DNA of 64,000 nt from a bacterium. Lineage in GTDB: Bacteria; Patescibacteriota; Dojkabacteria; JAKAPS01; JAJZLI01. The translations under genes were made by a program, and so were the position numbers. The stretch lies in assembly GCA_021846685.1 (NCBI GenBank), contig JAJZWL010000003.1:17700-81699 (forward strand), written 5' to 3'. Positions 59,667-64,000 of this stretch are shown here, in pieces (positions within the stretch are counted from its first letter, which is position 1; each line of letters opens with the position of its first letter). Below the pieces are notes generated by a model. That model made no database searches, was not told the DNA's origin, and saw nothing but the letters and a program-made list of their open reading frames with translations.

Positions 59667-59885
59667 ATGTCTGATACTAAAATAGATTTAACAAAAAATG
59701 GTCCTTTAAAAGTTTCTGGAGATTTTACTATAGAAGATGAAAAAGGTAATTTAATAGATACTATAAATATGGATGAAGTCTATTTATGTCGATGTGGAAA
59801 TTCTTCAGAAAAGCCTTTTTGTGATGGAACACATGCAATATGCCACTTTGATTCATCTGTCGGTATGCAAGATTATTCTTCATGA
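59667..59885 (+). CDS. CDGSH iron-sulfur domain protein
   Basis: NGPLKV.G and LCRCGNS.EKPFCDGTH motifs. ATG at 59667. Confidence 0.9.
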   Translation: MSDTKIDLTKNGPLKVSGDFTIEDEKGNLIDTINMDEVYLCRCGNSSEKPFCDGTHAICHFDSSVGMQDYSS

Positions 59886-60553
59886 AAATTTTTCTAAAAG
59901 ATAAAAAACAATTGTCTCAAGATATTTTTGAATTTGTATTTACTCCTGAGAAAGAAATTAATTGGATCTCTGGTCAATTCCTACAATATTATATAGATTG
60001 TAAAGATGATACTAGAGGTTCAGATAGATTTTTTACAATTACTTCTTCTCCTTTAGAAAAAGATATACTTTTAACTACTCGATTCTCTATTCCTGGAAGT
60101 ATGTTTAAACAAAAATTAAAAGATTTAAAAATTGGAGAGAGTATCTCTGCAGAAGGTCCATGGGGAAAATTTGTATTAGATAATGATTATGAATCTAAAA
60201 AACTTTTTTTTATTGCTGGAGGAATAGGAATTACTCCATTTAGATCAATCATTAAAGATTTCTTATTAAAAAAAGAGAATAATGTAGATATTACCCTACT
60301 CTACTATAATAAAACTGATAAATTTATTTATAGAGATGAATTTGATAATAGTTTTGTAAAAACATATTATCAAGTTGGTAGTATGAGTATGAATTCTTTA
60401 AAAGATAATATTGTAATATCTACAAATTCTTTATATTATGTCTCAGGGCCAGAGGGTTTTGTGAAAAATACAGAAGATATTCTTATAAATCAACTTAATA
60501 TTCCAAAAACTCTTATTAAAACGGATTTTTTCCCAGGTTATACTTCAGTATAG
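59882..60553 (+). CDS. FAD/NAD(P)-binding oxidoreductase (ferredoxin-NADP+ reductase family)
   Basis: GQF, RFFTITS, GPWG.F, IAGGIGITPF and YVSGP motifs; C-terminal DFFPGY. Confidence 0.9.
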   Translation: MKIFLKDKKQLSQDIFEFVFTPEKEINWISGQFLQYYIDCKDDTRGSDRFFTITSSPLEKDILLTTRFSIPGSMFKQKLKDLKIGESISAEGPWGKFVLDNDYESKKLFFIAGGIGITPFRSIIKDFLLKKENNVDITLLYYNKTDKFIYRDEFDNSFVKTYYQVGSMSMNSLKDNIVISTNSLYYVSGPEGFVKNTEDILINQLNIPKTLIKTDFFPGYTSV

Positions 60554-60593
60554 CATTGAAACTATATCTCTTTTCATATAGTATATTAACTAT

Positions 60594-61565
60594 ATGGATC
60601 CAATTATACTAGATCATAAAAAAGATTTTCTATTAAATCTTTTAAACAATAATTATAGTAATGAAACTATATATAATTATAAGAGAGATTTATCTTTATT
60701 TGAATTATTTTTAACATTTAAAAATATTGAATTTGAAAATATTGGCAAAAATGATATTGTCATATTTAAAGACTTTTTACGTACTGGTGAGTATATAAAT
60801 ATATTAAAATTGGATACAAATAATGTCCATAATTTCAGTAAAGATTCTAAAGGTAATCTTTCTCCTAGATCTATTAATAGAGTATTATCATCTCTTAGAA
60901 CATATATTAGATATTTAATAGATTTTGATTTAGATTTTCCTATATCTCCAGAAGTAATTAAGTTAATTAAAACAGAAAAAAAATCATCTCAAGTTGCAGA
61001 ATTTGATGAACTTATAAGATTAATAGAATTTCCTTCTATTTATGAGAAAAATGATTTCGTAAAATTAAGAAATAGAGCTATATTAGAGACTTTATTTTCT
61101 ACAGGTATGCGAATTTCAGAACTTGTATCTTTGAATAAAGATCAAATTAATGATGATGGAAAAATCTATGTTTTAGGAAAAGGAAGAAAACAAAGATTTG
61201 TGTATCTTACTGAAAGAGCCAAGAAAAATATTTTTAATTATTTAGAATTACGAAATGATGAAAATAATGCCCTATTTGTTCCAATAAGAGGAGGGAGAAA
61301 TGGAAATGTAAATTCAAGAATATCTACTAATTATATTCAGGATAAGATTTCTTTTTATAGAAAAAAAATAGGAATAATAGTTCCTACGAGTGCTCATAGT
61401 TTAAGACATGGTTTTGCTACTTATTTAGCTGAAAAAGGTGCTAATGCAGTTGCAATTCAAATACTTTTGGGTCACGAATCTTTACAGACTACAAATAAAT
61501 ATATGCATGCTTCTGATAAATATGCAGAAGAAACTCATAAAAAGTATCATCCATTAAAAGAATAA
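60594..61565 (+). CDS. XerC/XerD-family tyrosine recombinase
   Basis: SAM-like N-domain (T..NY.RDL), TGMRISE, GKG.K.R, HSLRH.FAT, LLGH and TT.KY. All catalytic residues are present. Confidence 0.92.
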   Translation: MDPIILDHKKDFLLNLLNNNYSNETIYNYKRDLSLFELFLTFKNIEFENIGKNDIVIFKDFLRTGEYINILKLDTNNVHNFSKDSKGNLSPRSINRVLSSLRTYIRYLIDFDLDFPISPEVIKLIKTEKKSSQVAEFDELIRLIEFPSIYEKNDFVKLRNRAILETLFSTGMRISELVSLNKDQINDDGKIYVLGKGRKQRFVYLTERAKKNIFNYLELRNDENNALFVPIRGGRNGNVNSRISTNYIQDKISFYRKKIGIIVPTSAHSLRHGFATYLAEKGANAVAIQILLGHESLQTTNKYMHASDKYAEETHKKYHPLKE

Positions 61566-61569
61566 ATTT

Positions 61570-61911
61570 TTAATTACAACCAGGTTGTGAGTTATTATAA
61601 TTAGGTTTAACTGGGTTATCATTATATTTATTTATTATACTTCCACTTCCTGGATAATAGGTACACAATGTTCCCCCATTATTATAAATTGAATATTGGA
61701 ATACACTAGGTACTGATGTTAATGATTGCTCTTTTAATTGTACTTGCTTTGATGTTCCTCTATATTGAGAATATGCATTTATTATATATTGTTGTATAAA
61801 TTGAGGAGTACTACTAGCATACTCTTTTTTACTTGAAAATAAAAATGATACTAATATAAGAGATACGACAAATATAGATAAAACGATGTATTTTATATTA
61901 TGTTTATTCAT
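61570..61911 (-). CDS. Small secreted or membrane-anchored protein with two C-terminal cysteines
   Basis: N-terminal signal/TM, polar body, one Cys pair. Confidence 0.6.
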   Translation of the reverse strand: MNKHNIKYIVLSIFVVSLILVSFLFSSKKEYASSTPQFIQQYIINAYSQYRGTSKQVQLKEQSLTSVPSVFQYSIYNNGGTLCTYYPGSGSIINKYNDNPVKPNYNNSQPGCN

Positions 61912-62000
61912 TGTTATTTTAACTTTTAATACATTTATAATATAATATATGTTATCTTAAAGTAAAGGGGTATCTTAAATCTATTGCATTAGTATAAATA

Positions 62001-63959
62001 ATGAAGAAGTTATTAAATAAAATTTTTAATCCACCATTGGATATTCTTGTTTTTAAAATATATATATATTGGTTTCTATTAGGAATATCTATATTTATAT
62101 TTTTTTCTAATTATATTTCTAGTATATTTGCATCATTAGTCCTTCTAATTTTTTCGTCTGGTTTTTTTATCTTAAGATATTTAAGAGGAGATATAAAATT
62201 ACCATCTAAATTCGCATACTTATTCCCTATTTTCATTCTTATATCAATTTTATCTGTTTTTTTTAGTGTTGATAAATATGCTTCTATATTAAGTTTAATT
62301 ATATATATTTCTTTATTTATAATATTTATTCTTTCTTTTGATATTTTATCTAAGTCAAAGATTTTGCAGTGGTTCTTATCGTGGTTATTATTTGTAGGAT
62401 CTATATTTTCTATTATAGGACTAGTTTATTATTTTGAAGGATTCAGTAAATATTTTGTAGGTACATTAAATAATTCTTTTGTATCTAGCGCCTTCTTACT
62501 TTTGCTTATACCAATTTCTTTTTATTTTTATATTTTTTCTAATAAAATTTCATTAAAAATAATCACTCTGATCTCTTCATCTCTTTTAGTAATATCTTTA
62601 TTCTTAACATTTTCATATTTTGGATATATTGCTTTATTAATAGAATTGATATGTATATTCTTTATTTTAAGGGAATATTGGATAAAAGATTTATTAAAAA
62701 TTTTTGTATTAATAATATTTATAGCTTTACTTTTTATTGCTATTTTTAATCACCACAAACCTTTTAATACTTTCTATAATAAGTCTAGTAATATAACATC
62801 TGTTTTGAATATATCTTCAAATCAAAGAATTGCCTTATATAAAAATGAATGGAATATTTTTCTTAAAAGACCTATATTAGGCTATGGTGTAGGTACTGTC
62901 TCTGATATATTTAAAAAATATGAATATTCTCCTTGGTTATATATTAATCATGGTTATAATTTTTTTATAGATATATTTTTGGAAGTAGGTATATTTGGAG
63001 GATTATCCTTTTTAATCTTTTTCGCATTTATTTTATATAAAGGTTTTTCAAATATATTTTCGAATTCTAAATACTTGAAATATCAAAAAAAATCCCCTGA
63101 TAATTTTATATTCATTCCAATATTTATCTCTATTTTAGGTGTCATATTTTATTCTTTTTTTAATAATGACTTATCGAGTATTGCTATCTTATTACCTTTA
63201 TTTATATTTGTAGGAATTATATTTAATTATTTTACAACTGAATATAAAGTTTTAAATGGAGTTTCTCGTATTATGTTTATACTATCTATTCTTTTAGTAT
63301 TTGTCTCTTTTGATATGTATTTATCAGGTATATTTTACAATAATGGTATAAAAATTTTGGATGGTAATTTAAATATTACTAAACCTCAAGTAAATACTGC
63401 TCTAAGCTATTTTAATAATTCTTCTTTGTTATTTCCTTTTAATTATAATACATACAATGAAAAAGGAATTAGTTATGAATATTTAAAAGAATATAGTAGT
63501 GCTATATCTAATTTTAAAACATCATTAAGTATTAATACTTATAATCCAAATACAAATTATGAATTAGGGAAAGCATATTATTTTAGTAGTAAGTATAAAA
63601 AATCATTATTATACTTTAAAGATGCCTATAATTTTAATAAGTTATATTCACCTGAATATGATTTGTCTTTAGGAGAATATTATACATTTAGACATCAAAA
63701 GAATAAAGCAATAAAGGTATATAAAGAATCTTTAAAATCTTTCCCATTAAAAAATAAATTATATGAGAAATATTCGCAAATTTTTAATAATAATGGATTT
63801 AACAATAATCTTTCATCTATTTATTCTGATTTATATTCAATAACAAAGAATAAATATTATTATAATTTATACAAAAAGTTATCTCCTCTACAAATACAAA
63901 TAAAAAATAATAGTAAAGTTACTACAAAAGTTAAAGTTAAGACTCCAGTAAAAAAATAA
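62001..63959 (+). CDS. O-antigen ligase-family (Wzy_C) membrane protein with C-terminal TPR repeats
   Basis: More than 12 TMs; R...Y, PILGYG.G and H.YN motifs; TPR-like repeats at the C-terminus. Confidence 0.75.
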   Translation: MKKLLNKIFNPPLDILVFKIYIYWFLLGISIFIFFSNYISSIFASLVLLIFSSGFFILRYLRGDIKLPSKFAYLFPIFILISILSVFFSVDKYASILSLIIYISLFIIFILSFDILSKSKILQWFLSWLLFVGSIFSIIGLVYYFEGFSKYFVGTLNNSFVSSAFLLLLIPISFYFYIFSNKISLKIITLISSSLLVISLFLTFSYFGYIALLIELICIFFILREYWIKDLLKIFVLIIFIALLFIAIFNHHKPFNTFYNKSSNITSVLNISSNQRIALYKNEWNIFLKRPILGYGVGTVSDIFKKYEYSPWLYINHGYNFFIDIFLEVGIFGGLSFLIFFAFILYKGFSNIFSNSKYLKYQKKSPDNFIFIPIFISILGVIFYSFFNNDLSSIAILLPLFIFVGIIFNYFTTEYKVLNGVSRIMFILSILLVFVSFDMYLSGIFYNNGIKILDGNLNITKPQVNTALSYFNNSSLLFPFNYNTYNEKGISYEYLKEYSSAISNFKTSLSINTYNPNTNYELGKAYYFSSKYKKSLLYFKDAYNFNKLYSPEYDLSLGEYYTFRHQKNKAIKVYKESLKSFPLKNKLYEKYSQIFNNNGFNNNLSSIYSDLYSITKNKYYYNLYKKLSPLQIQIKNNSKVTTKVKVKTPVKK

Positions 63960-64000
63960 ATTAATTACTTTCTATGGTAGATACAATATCATCTTTATTA

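Noticed and set aside
60594-61565. Recombinase as a prophage or genomic-island integrase
   Set aside because: No arm-binding domain, no phage or conjugation genes, and no att duplication of a tRNA or tmRNA end was seen. Size and motifs fit a chromosomal Xer.
1-64000. Alternative genetic code (UGA=Gly/Trp, as in Gracilibacteria/Absconditabacteria or Mollicutes)
   Set aside because: Conserved genes are full length in code 11, several end in TGA (e.g. yqeY, hisS), and tRNA-Trp has a CCA anticodon.

Overview
A very AT-rich, gene-dense bacterial chromosome segment in genetic code 11 (TGA is used as a stop). Gene content and protein style point to a Patescibacteria/CPR lineage (Microgenomates/Dojkabacteria-like); this is inference. 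The window is almost all housekeeping: the 3' end of clpC, rplJL, an mreB paralog, ndk, rho, a tRNA-rpmG-secE-nusG-rplKA cluster, priA, mreBCD-pbp2, topA, rpsB-tsf-frr, aminoacyl-tRNA synthetases, dnaX-ybaB-recR, tmRNA, pilN/O/P-like genes, rpoBC-rpsLG-fusA, efp, yebC-ruvCAB, a CDGSH/FNR pair and one Xer-type tyrosine recombinase. Six tRNAs, tmRNA, secE, rpmG and the L10 and S2 leader RNAs are not in the ORF track and were read from the sequence. No CRISPR array, rRNA, prophage or IS was seen. Four signals stand out. (1) A perfect 20-6-20 bp palindrome with a dif-type ATAA-N6-TTAT core lies 1.4 kb upstream of the Xer gene, exactly where G-tracts flip to C-tracts; it is a candidate symmetric single-recombinase dif/terminus system. 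(2) An unrecognised ~150 nt promoter-to-terminator RNA with mutually exclusive terminator/antiterminator pairings lies upstream of rplJL, preceded by two perfect DnaA boxes. (3) The RNA polymerase has substitutions in normally near-invariant motifs (trigger loop, GRHGNK, rifampicin pocket). (4) The tmRNA encodes a 29-codon tag that starts with Val.
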